Assembly (NCBI GenBank): GCA_964618695.1
Contig: CAZUDX010000006.1
Span: 91,257 to 155,256, forward strand
Direction: 5' to 3'
Origin: an uncultured Candidatus Bathyarchaeia archaeon
GTDB lineage: Archaea; Thermoproteota; Bathyarchaeia; Bathyarchaeales; Bathyarchaeaceae
DNA: 64,000 nt
Part shown: in pieces, positions 27,181 to 37,338 of the stretch
Position numbering within the stretch: the first letter of the stretch is position 1
Layout: every line of letters starts with the position of its first letter
Made by a program: the position numbers and the translations under genes
Notes under the pieces: model-generated
The model's input: the letters and a program-made list of their open reading frames with translations, nothing else
Databases searched by the model: none
What the model was told of the DNA's origin: nothing

Positions 27181-27942
27181 TTAAACGTCCATCATTAGTT
27201 TCAGGTGGATTATCGGAATCCTTCTTTTTGTTAGCCTTTTTACCCGCGGCAACACTGTTTGGTAGATGTTCCATGGCTCCAGAGCAATCTTGTTTGGGGT
27301 CTTTCCGCGGTTCATTTTCAGGCGGTATGCTATTTCCTCGATTATCAGGTTCTTCGCTATCATCTCAGCCATGCAGACTTCCCCCTCGTTAATCAGCTTT
27401 TGCGCAACCAACTTCTTCAGTTCCTGTCCCTTTTCCATGCGTTTGAAAATCTTCGCGGCTTTCCTTTTAGTCTTAGCATGTCCGAAGGAAAAATAAGGAG
27501 TTTTCTGGCAAAGTGTAACTCTCTCCCTCCATTTTTCCAACCACTGTTTAGTCCAGACTTTCAAAAACGCTTTCATCTCCTCTTGGCGACTCTCATCATC
27601 CAACAGAGTTTTTTCATCTTTTTCTGAGGTTATGTCTATGCCTTTGAGTTTCAAGCAGTTTCCCAAATCTGTGTACGCAAAAGCTAGAAGGCTTCTTTCC
27701 GACCCATCCAAATCTAAATCTGGGATTTCCTTTTCCAATTCTCTAGCCAACCAAGACATAATAACTGGCTCTGTTGCGGAGTGAAGCTTCTCACTAACCA
27801 TCTGCTTTCCCTCTCCTCCGAGGACCAAGTACAAACCTTTCTCGGGGTTATTTGAGGTTTTCCAATTTTTCTCCAGTTTCCAGTAAGCGAAGAAGGAACA
27901 GTTTGTTGACACACATGGAGAAATCTGATGTAAAGTTGACAA
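27181..27942 (-). CDS. hypothetical protein
   Basis: 253-aa ORF (TTG start), charged/helical, no recognisable family. Confidence 0.45.
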   Translation of the reverse strand: MSTLHQISPCVSTNCSFFAYWKLEKNWKTSNNPEKGLYLVLGGEGKQMVSEKLHSATEPVIMSWLARELEKEIPDLDLDGSERSLLAFAYTDLGNCLKLKGIDITSEKDEKTLLDDESRQEEMKAFLKVWTKQWLEKWRERVTLCQKTPYFSFGHAKTKRKAAKIFKRMEKGQELKKLVAQKLINEGEVCMAEMIAKNLIIEEIAYRLKMNRGKTPNKIALEPWNIYQTVLPRVKRLTKRRIPIIHLKLMMDV

Positions 27943-28059
27943 TTTTACCTGTTGAACCGTTTGCTTGCGTTATGAAAGTTAAAGCATCGTAAAGAGTTAT
28001 TTCAAATCCAACAGTTTTAAATAAACAGCGGTTATGCATTACCTAAAAGCAGGAACGGA

Positions 28060-29688
28060 ATGGGAGCGTTGGCTGTGGGTAAAGCAACTGGCATGGCGAA
28101 AACTTCGGCGAGAGGTAGTTTCAAGCTCTTTATAGGAGTAAGCGTTTCTAGCATTCTCACAGCAATTAGCGTAATACTTGTAATGAATTTACTGGAAACT
28201 TCAGCCGATTTTGGCAACATCGGCATTGCTTTGATTTATCCTGTCCTCCTTGGTTTGTTCAAAAACTGGGGCATCCAGTCAGCTATGATAAAATATGTGG
28301 CACAATACCGAGCTGAGAACAAGCCCCGCAGCGTAAGAAATGTCATGGTTGCAGGACTGTTGTTCGAATTAATGATGGGTGCCATTCTAACTATAATCAC
28401 GTTTTTGTTGGCAGATTTGCTGGCAGCCAGACTGGCAACAGCTACCTTGCCGCAGGCTGAGCTTAAAACTCTAATACAGGTTGCGTCTTTCACAATTATT
28501 GCCGATTCATTTCTCGCACTTTCCCAGTCTGGTTTTATCGGTCTAGAAAGAACTGAATTTTACAGTTTGACGATAATCTTAAGCGCTGGTATACGCTGCT
28601 TTCTCTCGCCTCTCCTAGTGTGGCGTGGTTACAGTTACTTAGGCGCTCTCCAAGGACAAGTCATAGCCCAGCTATCCGCTGGAATTGTAGCAATCATAAT
28701 CTTTCTCACTATTCTGTTCAGAACCTCTTGGGAAGGGAAATTTAGTGACTTTAACCTAAAAGCAACTCTGAAAACTATGCTCCGATTTGGACTGCCACTT
28801 TCAGTCTCGATTATAGCCGGAGGATTCTTACCTCAGTTTTATAAGGATCTGCTAAATCAAAGCATTACCAATTATAGTACCGTTATAGGCAACTTCGATG
28901 CAGCCGTTAACTTCACAGTTATCATTACTTTTTTCACGGTACCCATATCCACTGTACTATTTCCAGCTTTTTCAAAACTTAAATCGAAAGAGGAGAAAAA
29001 TCTCCTCAGAACTATATTTCGGACTTCAGTCAAGTACGGAGCATTGCTCACCATCCCAGTAACTTTGATGATTATGGTTTTGTCAGAACCCCTAGTATTC
29101 GCCATCGTAACCACGAAATATCCTGACGCGCCATTCCTTCTGGTTCTATACTCCGTTATCTTTCTCTATGTTGGATTTGGAAATCTCAGTTTAGCAAATT
29201 TCTTAAACGGTCAGGGTAAGACACAAATCACTATGAAAATGTCCCTCTTGGGTCTAGGAATGGGAGTGTTATTCGGATGGCTACTCATCCCTCCGTTTGG
29301 AATTGTAGGTTTAATAGTAGCAAATTCTCTCTTTGTACTCCCGAGTCTGTTTGCGGGATTGTGGTGGATAAAAAAGCATTTTGGCGCCACAGTTGATTGG
29401 AAATCTTCAGCCAAGATTTTTGTAGCTTCTGGGATTGCAACAGTGGTTACTTATCTGCTCTTGTCACAGTTCAACGCAACCAACAGAATAGAATGGCTTT
29501 TTGAAGCAATTGTTGGTGGCACAGTCTTCTTGGTTGTCTATTTGGTAGCCGCCCCCTTGATAAGAGCCGTTGACAAAAAAGATGTACACAGCCTGAGAGA
29601 GATGCTGAGCGGTCTCGGTCCCTTCTCTTATGTTTTCAACATACCCTTAAAAATCATCGAAAAACTATCAACGGTCTTCGAGTCTTAG
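28060..29688 (+). CDS. polysaccharide/oligosaccharide flippase (MOP/Wzx-type)
   Basis: 542 aa with about 14 TM helices and the Polysacc_synt-like arrangement typical of Wzx/MurJ-superfamily exporters. Confidence 0.75.
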   Translation: MGALAVGKATGMAKTSARGSFKLFIGVSVSSILTAISVILVMNLLETSADFGNIGIALIYPVLLGLFKNWGIQSAMIKYVAQYRAENKPRSVRNVMVAGLLFELMMGAILTIITFLLADLLAARLATATLPQAELKTLIQVASFTIIADSFLALSQSGFIGLERTEFYSLTIILSAGIRCFLSPLLVWRGYSYLGALQGQVIAQLSAGIVAIIIFLTILFRTSWEGKFSDFNLKATLKTMLRFGLPLSVSIIAGGFLPQFYKDLLNQSITNYSTVIGNFDAAVNFTVIITFFTVPISTVLFPAFSKLKSKEEKNLLRTIFRTSVKYGALLTIPVTLMIMVLSEPLVFAIVTTKYPDAPFLLVLYSVIFLYVGFGNLSLANFLNGQGKTQITMKMSLLGLGMGVLFGWLLIPPFGIVGLIVANSLFVLPSLFAGLWWIKKHFGATVDWKSSAKIFVASGIATVVTYLLLSQFNATNRIEWLFEAIVGGTVFLVVYLVAAPLIRAVDKKDVHSLREMLSGLGPFSYVFNIPLKIIEKLSTVFES

Positions 29689-29778
29689 TTTGCCGACTTG
29701 CTGAGGAATCCTTAATAAATAGCTACTCCCCATTCAGTTACCGTCATGAGAAATTCGGTAGGAGAGTAAAACGCGCTT

Positions 29779-30222
29779 ATGGCTAAATTCAAAGTAATAG
29801 TCTCAGACCCAGAAACGGGGCAGACGCAGTTAGTGGAATTGGAAGAAGCTCAGGCGGTTCCCTTAATCGGTAGAAAACTGGGAGAAGTTATTGATGGAGC
29901 CGCTGTTAGAATGTCCGGATACAAACTAATGATAACTGGAGGATCAGACAAGGACGGGTTCCCCATGAGACCGAACGTCCATGGAGGAGTTCGTGTTGGC
30001 GCTATCTTAAGCGAGGGTGTCGGTTTTCATCCAACTAAAAGGGGAGAGAGAAAACGAAAAACCCTTCGTGGCAATGTTATAACAGACGCAATTGTTCAAG
30101 TAAACATGAAGATTGTTGAGAAACCAAAGAAGAGTAAAAAAGCAGAAAAGCCGAAAGAAAAGAAGGAAGAGGCAGCAAAAGATGAGGATACGGCTTCTGA
30201 AGAGGCTGCCCAAACAACATGA
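29779..30222 (+). CDS. rps6e: 30S ribosomal protein S6e (eS6)
   Basis: MAKFKVIVSDPETG....E......L.G.K.G..IDG.......Y.L.ITGGSDKDGFPMR..V.G; K/E-rich tail. Confidence 0.9.
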   Translation: MAKFKVIVSDPETGQTQLVELEEAQAVPLIGRKLGEVIDGAAVRMSGYKLMITGGSDKDGFPMRPNVHGGVRVGAILSEGVGFHPTKRGERKRKTLRGNVITDAIVQVNMKIVEKPKKSKKAEKPKEKKEEAAKDEDTASEEAAQTT

Positions 30223-30262
30223 AACCAGCTGCAGTTTCTTGGAAATGAGAGTTGTTTGATCA

Positions 30263-30547
30263 TTGTTGACCGAAATTTTGACTGACCAACAACTGATTGA
30301 TTTGTACACATCATCCGGCTATCTAGTGGCTGCGGATTACTCTAAAGGAGAAGTGACGTTACATACGATTGATTGCATGTTAGCTGATCCAATTAGTACA
30401 GTAGGTGTTAAACCGACAAAGGCACGGGAGAACAAAACTGGAGAGTTCTGGTATTCAGAAAGCCGTGAAGAAGCTGACTTGAAGGCAGAAGAAATCGCTA
30501 AAAAGAAAGGGTACACTTATTCAGTCTGTCGCATCTGCAATCGATAA
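30263..30547 (+). CDS. hypothetical protein
   Basis: 94-aa ORF with a TTG start and a C-terminal CRIC pair. No family recognised. Confidence 0.4.
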   Translation: MLTEILTDQQLIDLYTSSGYLVAADYSKGEVTLHTIDCMLADPISTVGVKPTKARENKTGEFWYSESREEADLKAEEIAKKKGYTYSVCRICNR

Positions 30548-30567
30548 TACTCATGTGTTAATGGAAC

Positions 30568-30966
30568 TCAGATTGACCCAGAAGATGCAAGTTTCTTTCT
30601 TGTGTATTCTTTGTGCATCTTCTCTACCTTTTTTCTGCTGATGTACCCTTTGTGGGGACGAAATCCTCCTTTAAATCCTCTGGGAATATGCAACAATTCA
30701 TGAATCAAAGTTTTCTCCTTGTCTTCTTGACTTAACCTATCGTAGCGTTCAGAAAGCACCTCAATAACGTATGCAGGTGGAAGTCCAAGAGCTTTTTGCC
30801 ATATCTTTCCAAATCCGTGGATACGTGCGATTATTCGTTTAGATTTTGAACCTTTGCTTCGGAAACAATGAACCGCTTGAGGGGAGACATGAAACATGTC
30901 AAGTCTGTCAATAATCTCATCAACCAACATTTTGACGTCTTGGGCTTCTGAATATCTCAACGACAA
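30568..30966 (-). CDS. predicted Zn metallopeptidase (HExxH, SprT/COG4900-like)
   Basis: 132 aa with the HELLH zincin motif followed by IPRGFKGGFRPH. Confidence 0.65.
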   Translation of the reverse strand: MSLRYSEAQDVKMLVDEIIDRLDMFHVSPQAVHCFRSKGSKSKRIIARIHGFGKIWQKALGLPPAYVIEVLSERYDRLSQEDKEKTLIHELLHIPRGFKGGFRPHKGYISRKKVEKMHKEYTRKKLASSGSI

Positions 30967-31068
30967 TTTCTCACATTCCCTTACTAGCTGATGCCTTAAG
31001 GAGAATGCTTAATATAAACTGTTTAGAACCTTAGTTGCATAGCATAATGTTAACTCTAGGAGATCGAG

Positions 31069-32328
31069 ATGTCGAGAAGATCAAAGAAGCACTTACACTT
31101 GCCTAAACAGCCTGAGGTCAACATTGGTACGATAGGTCATGTAGACCATGGAAAAACAACTTTGGTGGAAGCCATAACTGGAATTTGGGCTGCAAAACAT
31201 AGCGAAGAACTGAGACGTGGTATCACAATAAAACTGGGTTACGCTGACGCCCCAATATTCAAATGTCCCAACTGCGAATCTACACAATCCTACTCTACAG
31301 ACCCTACATGTCCTAAATGCGATTCTAAGGGAGAGTTTGTCAGAGCAGTCAGTTTCGTTGATGCTCCTGGTCACGAAGCCCTCATGGCTACGATGCTTTC
31401 TGGAGCAACAGTTATGGACGGGGCTATGCTGATAATTGCAGCCAACGAATATTGTCCACAGCCTCAAACGCGAGAACATCTAGCAGCCATCGAACTGGCG
31501 GGAGTAAAAAACATCATAATCGTCCAAAACAAGATTGACATCGTTGACCAGAAACGAGCCATGAAAAGCTACAACGAAATAGTTTCTTTTGTTAAAGGTA
31601 CGGTAGCAGAAGGAAAACCCATTATTCCTGTATCTGCTCAACACTCAGTAAACATTGACGCGGTTCTTCAAGCTCTAGAAGAAAACATTCCTACTCCCAT
31701 TCGAGACCCAAACAAGCCTCCAAGAATGTTTGTTGTTCGCTCCTTTGATGTGAATAAACCAGGCGCTTCGGTGGATGAGCTGGTTGGAGGAGTTATCGGA
31801 GGAAGCATCTCCCAAGGAAGATTCAAAGTTGGAGACGAAATTGAGATTCGTCCCGGAATCAGGGTTGAGAAACAGGGAAGAACATTCTACGAGTCCCTCT
31901 TCACAGAGATTACAAGTCTGAACGCTGGGGGAAAGGATGTTAAAGAAGCCCAGAGCGGCGGCTTGGTTGGAATAGGAACTTTTTTGGATCCGTCATTAAC
32001 TAAGGCGGACGGTCTCACAGGAAATCTGGTGGGAAAACCGGATTTGCTTCCCCCGAACCGGTCTGAACTTGTCTTGGATACTCAGCTTTTGAAACGTGCT
32101 ATAGGAACCAAGGAGCTTGTGCAAGTTGACAATGTTATAAAGGGGGACCGTCTGTTGCTTGATGTTGGAACAACTATAACTGTTGGAAAAGTTGAGTCTA
32201 CGAAGAAAAACTTGGTGACTCTTCAGTTGGCTAGACCCGTGTGTGCCGAAGACGGAGCTAGAGCAGCTATTAGCAGAAAGATAGCGGGACGATGGCGACT
32301 AATAGGATACGGAATAATCCAAAGTTAA
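31069..32328 (+). CDS. eif2g: translation initiation factor aIF2 gamma subunit
   Basis: 419 aa. GHVDHGKTT, Zn knuckle CPNC...CPKC, DAPGHE, NKID, then domains II/III. Confidence 0.93.
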   Translation: MSRRSKKHLHLPKQPEVNIGTIGHVDHGKTTLVEAITGIWAAKHSEELRRGITIKLGYADAPIFKCPNCESTQSYSTDPTCPKCDSKGEFVRAVSFVDAPGHEALMATMLSGATVMDGAMLIIAANEYCPQPQTREHLAAIELAGVKNIIIVQNKIDIVDQKRAMKSYNEIVSFVKGTVAEGKPIIPVSAQHSVNIDAVLQALEENIPTPIRDPNKPPRMFVVRSFDVNKPGASVDELVGGVIGGSISQGRFKVGDEIEIRPGIRVEKQGRTFYESLFTEITSLNAGGKDVKEAQSGGLVGIGTFLDPSLTKADGLTGNLVGKPDLLPPNRSELVLDTQLLKRAIGTKELVQVDNVIKGDRLLLDVGTTITVGKVESTKKNLVTLQLARPVCAEDGARAAISRKIAGRWRLIGYGIIQS

Positions 32329-32469
32329 CGTTCTTTGAGATTCTTGACCAAAAAGATTCTGTGACCCATATGTTCTTTATGAAAGTTTCTTGACACATAA
32401 ACAATATTTTCGAGAAAAGACAAAAACTTTACTTACTATCCTGTAGTATAAGATGTTGGGGGTTGAGAC

Positions 32470-33774
32470 GTGCCTGATTCAGAAGAGGAAACTTATTCTA
32501 TTATATTCGCATCTTTGAGACATCCTGCTCGCCGCAAAATTCTGAGAATGCTCGGCGAAAAACCAAAAAACTTCTCTCGAATACTCGAAGAACTGGGAAT
32601 CTCCAGTTCTCATCTAACATATCACTTAGAAAACCTTGGAGAACTCGTAACAAAAATGGATGATGGAAGGTACAAGCTTTCAGCTTTCGGAAACGCGGCA
32701 GTTTTAACCATGAAGGGAGTGGAAGAAGCACCCGAAATCCAGCCGAAAGGCCCATTGTGCATGTCCATAAAATGGAAATCCATCTTTTCGGTGCTGATGA
32801 TCGCTGTTGTAATCTTGGCAGGTTTAAGTTACTTTCAATACAATTCTCTGAATCAGCTATCTGCTACGCAGGAAAGTCTCAAATTCGACTTGGCACAGCT
32901 GGAAGCCCAAAACGAAATTTTATCATCTTGGTACAAGGACACTGACCCAGCTATAGCCTTCTTAACAGATGTTATTCAACTCGACATAACGCAATACCAT
33001 GCTGAGTTGGTGAGTAACAACTTTGAGTTCCGACCGGATTTAGGCGGAATAACCGAGGAGACTTTGAAATATTCTCTTCTTTCCTATGAAAGCAGGTTAG
33101 ATGTGTCTTTGAGGTTTAGAAACGGAACTTTATCTCTCTACAATATAGAGGTCCTTGAAGGCGTACCGTATTACTCGGAACCCCAACCGGTAAATATTCT
33201 AGACATCACTTCCGGAATTATGAGCAGATACCGGAACTACACAGGAGCCTCTTACCTCACTGAAATGGAAAGTATGTTTGACAATGTAAACGAAATAACG
33301 GATTTCGAAAAAACTGTGGGCAACATGAAGTTAGAAGCGACAATCGAAAGCAACATCAAGGAAATCAGGTGGATATACACCACGGATGGAATTGACTACC
33401 CCACAAAAGGAGTGGAACTTACGTTCGAAGGCGATTTCTTGACGGAAATCACTGACGGGTGGCTCCTATACCAAATAGGAAGCACAGAACTCAATATTTC
33501 AGAAGACGAAGCAGTAACTATTGCTAAGGAATACTCAAAAACTATCTCGTATACTTTTAACAACACGGTAGTAACGGGTTTAACAATATTAGAAGACCCT
33601 ATTGAAGTACGGTTGTGGCCGCATCCCAGAGAAGGTTTAGAGTTAATACCTTACTGGTATGTGGTTGTTCAACTTGACAGAATATATCCCGGCAACATTG
33701 ATCGCATTGGAATTGGAATATGGGGAGACACAGGAGTAATCAGCAGTTACCAAACAATAAGCGTCGTTGGATAA
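32470..33774 (+). CDS. membrane-anchored ArsR-type winged-helix regulator with large extracytoplasmic domain
   Basis: 434 aa. N-terminal IFASLRHPARRKILRMLGEKPKNFSRILEELGISSSHLTYHLENL (ArsR wHTH), one TM (IFSVLMIAVVILAGLSYF), then about 310 aa of unassigned domain. Confidence 0.65.
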   Translation: MPDSEEETYSIIFASLRHPARRKILRMLGEKPKNFSRILEELGISSSHLTYHLENLGELVTKMDDGRYKLSAFGNAAVLTMKGVEEAPEIQPKGPLCMSIKWKSIFSVLMIAVVILAGLSYFQYNSLNQLSATQESLKFDLAQLEAQNEILSSWYKDTDPAIAFLTDVIQLDITQYHAELVSNNFEFRPDLGGITEETLKYSLLSYESRLDVSLRFRNGTLSLYNIEVLEGVPYYSEPQPVNILDITSGIMSRYRNYTGASYLTEMESMFDNVNEITDFEKTVGNMKLEATIESNIKEIRWIYTTDGIDYPTKGVELTFEGDFLTEITDGWLLYQIGSTELNISEDEAVTIAKEYSKTISYTFNNTVVTGLTILEDPIEVRLWPHPREGLELIPYWYVVVQLDRIYPGNIDRIGIGIWGDTGVISSYQTISVVG

Positions 33775-33804
33775 CAAGGAGTTCCTCTTTGGGAGAAATC
33801 CATT

Positions 33805-34221
33805 TTGGCGGTTTCAAAAGAAGAGAAACTCAAAGTTGTTTTAGATTCAAATTTCCTGTTCGTTCCCTCACAGTTCCAAATAAACATCTTCGAAGAACTA
33901 GCAAACTTGCTAAACCGAAGTTTTGAACCTATTATCCTTTCTTCGACAAAAAAAGAACTCCAAGGATTAGCAGAATCAGATTCTCCAAAGAAACGGAAAC
34001 AAGCCCTGCTAGCACTCAAATTCGCAGAAAAATGTCGCCTAGTCAGCGTTGAAAAAATGTCAGAGGAGACATATGATGATGTGATTGTGAGGGTGGCGGC
34101 AGAGTGGAAGTCTCCTGTTGCCACAAACGACCGAGAGCTTAGAAAAAGGCTGAGAAATATTGGAGTGCCAGTCATTTTTTTGAGGCAGAAGCATCGTTTA
34201 GAGATGGAAGGCGCAGTATAG
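33805..34221 (+). CDS. PIN-domain protein (Fcf1/Utp24-like, COG1412)
   Basis: 138 aa with VVLDSNFL...D....A......VATND.ELR..L...GVPVI. It sits in the conserved position between aIF2-gamma and rpoE'. Confidence 0.7.
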   Translation: MAVSKEEKLKVVLDSNFLFVPSQFQINIFEELANLLNRSFEPIILSSTKKELQGLAESDSPKKRKQALLALKFAEKCRLVSVEKMSEETYDDVIVRVAAEWKSPVATNDRELRKRLRNIGVPVIFLRQKHRLEMEGAV

Positions 34222-34318
34222 GCTTATAAATAGGGCTGTCTCTTATTTGGAGGCGAAAGTCCCATGTACGGAACGGGGAACTTTCCCATAACGTATCAAT
34301 TTAAAGCAGGTGAGATGA

Positions 34319-34924
34319 ATGTTCAAACTTGTAACTCTTGAAGATGCGATTCGGATACCTCCAGCAAGGTTCGGAGAAGAAGTCAATAGCGTAGGTTACG
34401 AACAACTAAAAATAAAATATGATGGCATGGTAGACGAAGAGCTCGGCTATGTCATCGCTGTTACAAAAATCAAAGTCAACCCCTTCGGAAAAATCATTCC
34501 CGGAGACGGAGCTACCTTCCACAAAGTTCAGTTCTCTCTCCTCACGTTCTTTCCGAAGATTCAGGAAGTCATAGAGGGGGAAGTTGTGGAAATTGCGGAA
34601 TTCGGAGCCTTCATACGCATAGGACCCGTTGATGCCCTCCTTCACGTTTCTCAACTAATGGATGACTACATTTCTTATGATGAACGGCAAGGAGTTCTGA
34701 TGGGCAAAGAAACGAAAAGAAAACTCAAGACCGGAGACCGCGTGCGAGTTCGGATAACAGCTGTTTCTTTGGGTCGTGGCGGAGGTTCTGGGAAGATAGG
34801 AGTAACTGCTAGGCAGCCTTTTCTCGGGAAGATTGAGTGGATTAAGAAGGACGTGGAGAAGGTAGAGGGAGCCGGTGCTGAAGATTCAGAGGATGTTCAG
34901 ACAGAGGGGAATGTAGAGAAATGA
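34319..34924 (+). CDS. rpoE: DNA-directed RNA polymerase subunit E' (Rpo7)
   Basis: 201 aa. MFKLVTLEDAIRIPP..F N-terminal Rpb7 fold plus S1 domain (G.VVE..EFGAF.RIGP.D.LLH.SQ). Confidence 0.9.
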   Translation: MFKLVTLEDAIRIPPARFGEEVNSVGYEQLKIKYDGMVDEELGYVIAVTKIKVNPFGKIIPGDGATFHKVQFSLLTFFPKIQEVIEGEVVEIAEFGAFIRIGPVDALLHVSQLMDDYISYDERQGVLMGKETKRKLKTGDRVRVRITAVSLGRGGGSGKIGVTARQPFLGKIEWIKKDVEKVEGAGAEDSEDVQTEGNVEK

Positions 34925-35106
34925 CAGAGAAAGCATGTCGAGAGTGTCGCTTAATATCTTATGGGTCGATTTGTCCTAGCTGCCAATCCACTAACCTAAG
35001 CGACGACTTTTCAGGTGTAGTGATAATAATTGATCCTGAGAGTTCGGCTATAGCTCGCGCCATGAAAGTAAAGGAAAAAGGACACTACGCGCTTAGAGTA
35101 AGGTAG
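34921..35106 (+). CDS. spt4: transcription elongation factor Spt4 (RpoE'')
   Basis: 61 aa with Zn ribbon CRECR...CPSC. 4-nt overlap with rpoE'. Confidence 0.85.
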   Translation: MTEKACRECRLISYGSICPSCQSTNLSDDFSGVVIIIDPESSAIARAMKVKEKGHYALRVR

Positions 35107-35136
35107 GTAACCAGAATTCGTCTCTTAACTACTGCA

Positions 35137-35637
35137 TTGCGTAAGGAATTGAAGAAACCTCAGGGACTGCTATTTGAGGGTCCATTCGAAAAGACCATGA
35201 AGAGGCTGAAAGAGTTTATCGATGAGGAAAAGCCCTTAACAATCATTTCTGTGGGCGACATAGTTTCTCACAACATGATTGAACATGGTATCTCCATGAA
35301 TGTTGTGGTAGTCGATAACAAAGTTATGAGAAAACCTGTCGAACCGATAAAGGTGGATACAGACCAAACATTGTATGCAAGGAATCCTCCCGGAACCATA
35401 ACAGATGAAGCTTGGGCTGCTATGAGAAGAGCGTTGGAGCAGAAGGGACGAACAAAGGTTGTTGTTGAGGGTGAAGAAGATTTGCTTACCGTTGTGGCGG
35501 TGTTGTCTGCGCCCGAAGGTGCACTTGTGGTTTATGGGCAACCTCACGTGGGAATTGTTTTGGTTAAGGTTACGGAAGAAACTAGAGAAAATATGCGGTG
35601 TATTGTGGATGGAATGGAAGAATCTTCGAAAAGCTAA
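35137..35637 (+). CDS. DUF359 protein (GTP-dependent dephospho-CoA kinase family)
   Basis: 166 aa with SVGD.V......G....V.V.D.K..R and EGEEDLL..VA.L.AP.G..V.YGQP..G. It occupies the conserved slot between spt4 and rps24e. Confidence 0.75.
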   Translation: MRKELKKPQGLLFEGPFEKTMKRLKEFIDEEKPLTIISVGDIVSHNMIEHGISMNVVVVDNKVMRKPVEPIKVDTDQTLYARNPPGTITDEAWAAMRRALEQKGRTKVVVEGEEDLLTVVAVLSAPEGALVVYGQPHVGIVLVKVTEETRENMRCIVDGMEESSKS

Positions 35638-35681
35638 AGTACGGCGGATGTGTCAAATCAACAACCTGCGGAAGTGTATCA

Positions 35682-36092
35682 ATGAAGGTTAAAATCGTCT
35701 CGAAAGAACAGAATCCTCTGCTGAAAAGAAATGAAGTAATCTTTAGAATCGAGCATGCTCAAGATGGGGGTACTCCAACCCGCCTTGAGGTTAGACAACA
35801 ACTAGCAACTTTGCTGAAAACAGACCTTGAATTGGTTTTCGTTAAAGAAGTAGAGACAAAAACAGGAACAATGATTGCACTGGGCGAAGCGAACGCTTAC
35901 GACTCCATAGAACAAGCCAAACTTGTTGAACCTGAACACATAATCACCCGAAATATGCCCCCAAAAAAGCCTGAAGAATCCGAAGAGGCACCAGCCCCAG
36001 AAATGCCTGAAGAGGCAGAAGAGGTACCTCCGCCTCCCAAAGAGCCAACACCCCCAGAAGAGCCAACTGAAAAAGAGAAGGAGGAATCTTAG
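35682..36092 (+). CDS. rps24e: 30S ribosomal protein S24e (eS24) with Pro/Glu-rich C-terminal tail
   Basis: From ATG 35682: MKVKIVSKEQNPLLKRNEVIFRIEH....TP.R.EVR..LA. The tail is PPKKPEESEEAPAPEMPEEAEEVPPPPKEPTPPEEPTEKEKEES. Confidence 0.88.
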   Translation: MKVKIVSKEQNPLLKRNEVIFRIEHAQDGGTPTRLEVRQQLATLLKTDLELVFVKEVETKTGTMIALGEANAYDSIEQAKLVEPEHIITRNMPPKKPEESEEAPAPEMPEEAEEVPPPPKEPTPPEEPTEKEKEES

Positions 36093-36281
36093 GTGTCTGA
36101 AGGTGGAGAGAAGAAAAAAAAGAAAAGTCATAAAGTCTCTTCCTACTATAAAGTGGATGAAACAGGAATCAAGAGACTGCTTCCCAGTTGCGAACGGTGT
36201 GGACCCGGCTATTTCATGGCTGACCACGGTGACCGTTTCACGTGCGGACGTTGTGGTTTAACACGATACAAACAAGCCTAA
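36093..36281 (+). CDS. rps27ae: 30S ribosomal protein S27ae (eS31)
   Basis: 62 aa, GTG start. YYKVDE.G...R....C..CG.G.FMA.H.DR..CG.C. Confidence 0.88.
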   Translation: MSEGGEKKKKKSHKVSSYYKVDETGIKRLLPSCERCGPGYFMADHGDRFTCGRCGLTRYKQA

Positions 36282-36312
36282 ACATGGCAAGTTTAAAAAA
36301 CCAAAATTTGGA

Positions 36313-36759
36313 ATGCAGAAATTTGGATGGACCTTGAAGATGATTAGTATGAGAGTTTTTGTGAAAAATATTTCGGCTGAGAAGTTTTGGGATATTGGCA
36401 AGCCTATCCCGCCTGTTCAGGTGGGCACGAATCTTAATGTTGTTGGAATAAACAAGAAAAGTGAAGATGTTCTTGAGGTTCCTTTTGTTTTCACTATAAA
36501 CTACAATCCGGCAGTGGCTCAAATCAGCTTGAAGGGAACGGGTCACGTGAAAGGGTCGAAGGATGAGCTTGAACAAATTCTTAAAGGGCACAAAGAAAAG
36601 AAGCCTCCCCCACCCATCATTATCCAATCTATCTCCAACATAGTATTCTTAGAATCAGTGATTATATGCCGAACCCTAAATATTCCTCCTCCTATCCCAT
36701 TGCCAAAAATTTCTCCGGCAACCAAAAAGAAACGGTCTGAACCAACCTACAGAGCTTAA
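36313..36759 (+). CDS. hypothetical protein
   Basis: 148-aa ORF, real start probably an internal Met (MRVFVKNI...). No family recognised. Confidence 0.4.
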   Translation: MQKFGWTLKMISMRVFVKNISAEKFWDIGKPIPPVQVGTNLNVVGINKKSEDVLEVPFVFTINYNPAVAQISLKGTGHVKGSKDELEQILKGHKEKKPPPPIIIQSISNIVFLESVIICRTLNIPPPIPLPKISPATKKKRSEPTYRA

Positions 36760-36807
36760 AGCTCCCTAGACCTAAACAAGCGTCAAAAGAGAAAGATTTG
36801 TTGCTAA

Positions 36808-36825
36808 CCCCAAAAGTTTTTGGGG
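36808..36825. terminator. hairpin between convergent genes (possible bidirectional terminator)
   Basis: CCCCAAAAGTTTTTGGGG palindrome located between the 3' ends of 36313..36759 (+) and rps19 (-). Confidence 0.35.
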
Positions 36826-36874
36826 CTTGCTCTAGACGGAATTTACTTAAACAGTAAGTATTGCCCTGTTTAGT

Positions 36875-37282
36875 TTATTTCAGTGGGACATACATTGATG
36901 ATCTGGATGCGCCGATGCCTGGTGATCCGTGTTTTACGGGTTTGTTGGTGATGGCGAATTCGCCTAGGTAATATCCAATCATTTCTGGCGTTATTTCTAC
37001 TGGAGTGAACTCTTTTCCGCTGTGAACTAGAAGTGTGACGCCTACCATTTCTGGGAGGACAATCATGTCGCGGGAGTGGGTTTTGGCTACTGGTTTTTCT
37101 CCTTCTTTCACGTCTTTTTTGGCTCTTCTGATGTTTTCTAGGAGTATCCTCTGTTCATGAGCAAGTCCACGCTGTAGGCTTCTCCGTTGTCGCGACGGAA
37201 GCAACTTGATGAACTCGTCCATGGACATGCCCTCCAGTTCTTCCATTGTATGTCCGCGATATGTGAATTCTTTCTTAGGCAA
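36875..37282 (-). CDS. rps19: 30S ribosomal protein S19 (uS19/S15e)
   Basis: 135 aa, TTG start. EF.YRG....EL..M....F..LLP.R.RRSL.RGL ... H.R.M..LPEM.G....V..GK.F..V.I.PEMIG.YLGEF..T..PV.HG.PG.GA. Confidence 0.9.
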   Translation of the reverse strand: MPKKEFTYRGHTMEELEGMSMDEFIKLLPSRQRRSLQRGLAHEQRILLENIRRAKKDVKEGEKPVAKTHSRDMIVLPEMVGVTLLVHSGKEFTPVEITPEMIGYYLGEFAITNKPVKHGSPGIGASRSSMYVPLK

Positions 37283-37338
37283 TCTATTTCACTCATCTCC
37301 CTTTTGCACCTCTGGATTTAAACATTTCTAACTCGGGT

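Noticed and set aside
27848-28039. 63-aa minus ORF upstream of 27181..27942, as a possible frameshifted N-terminus of that hypothetical gene
   Set aside because: No recognisable domain spans the junction and the frames cannot be joined convincingly. It also overlaps the likely divergent promoter region of the flippase gene.
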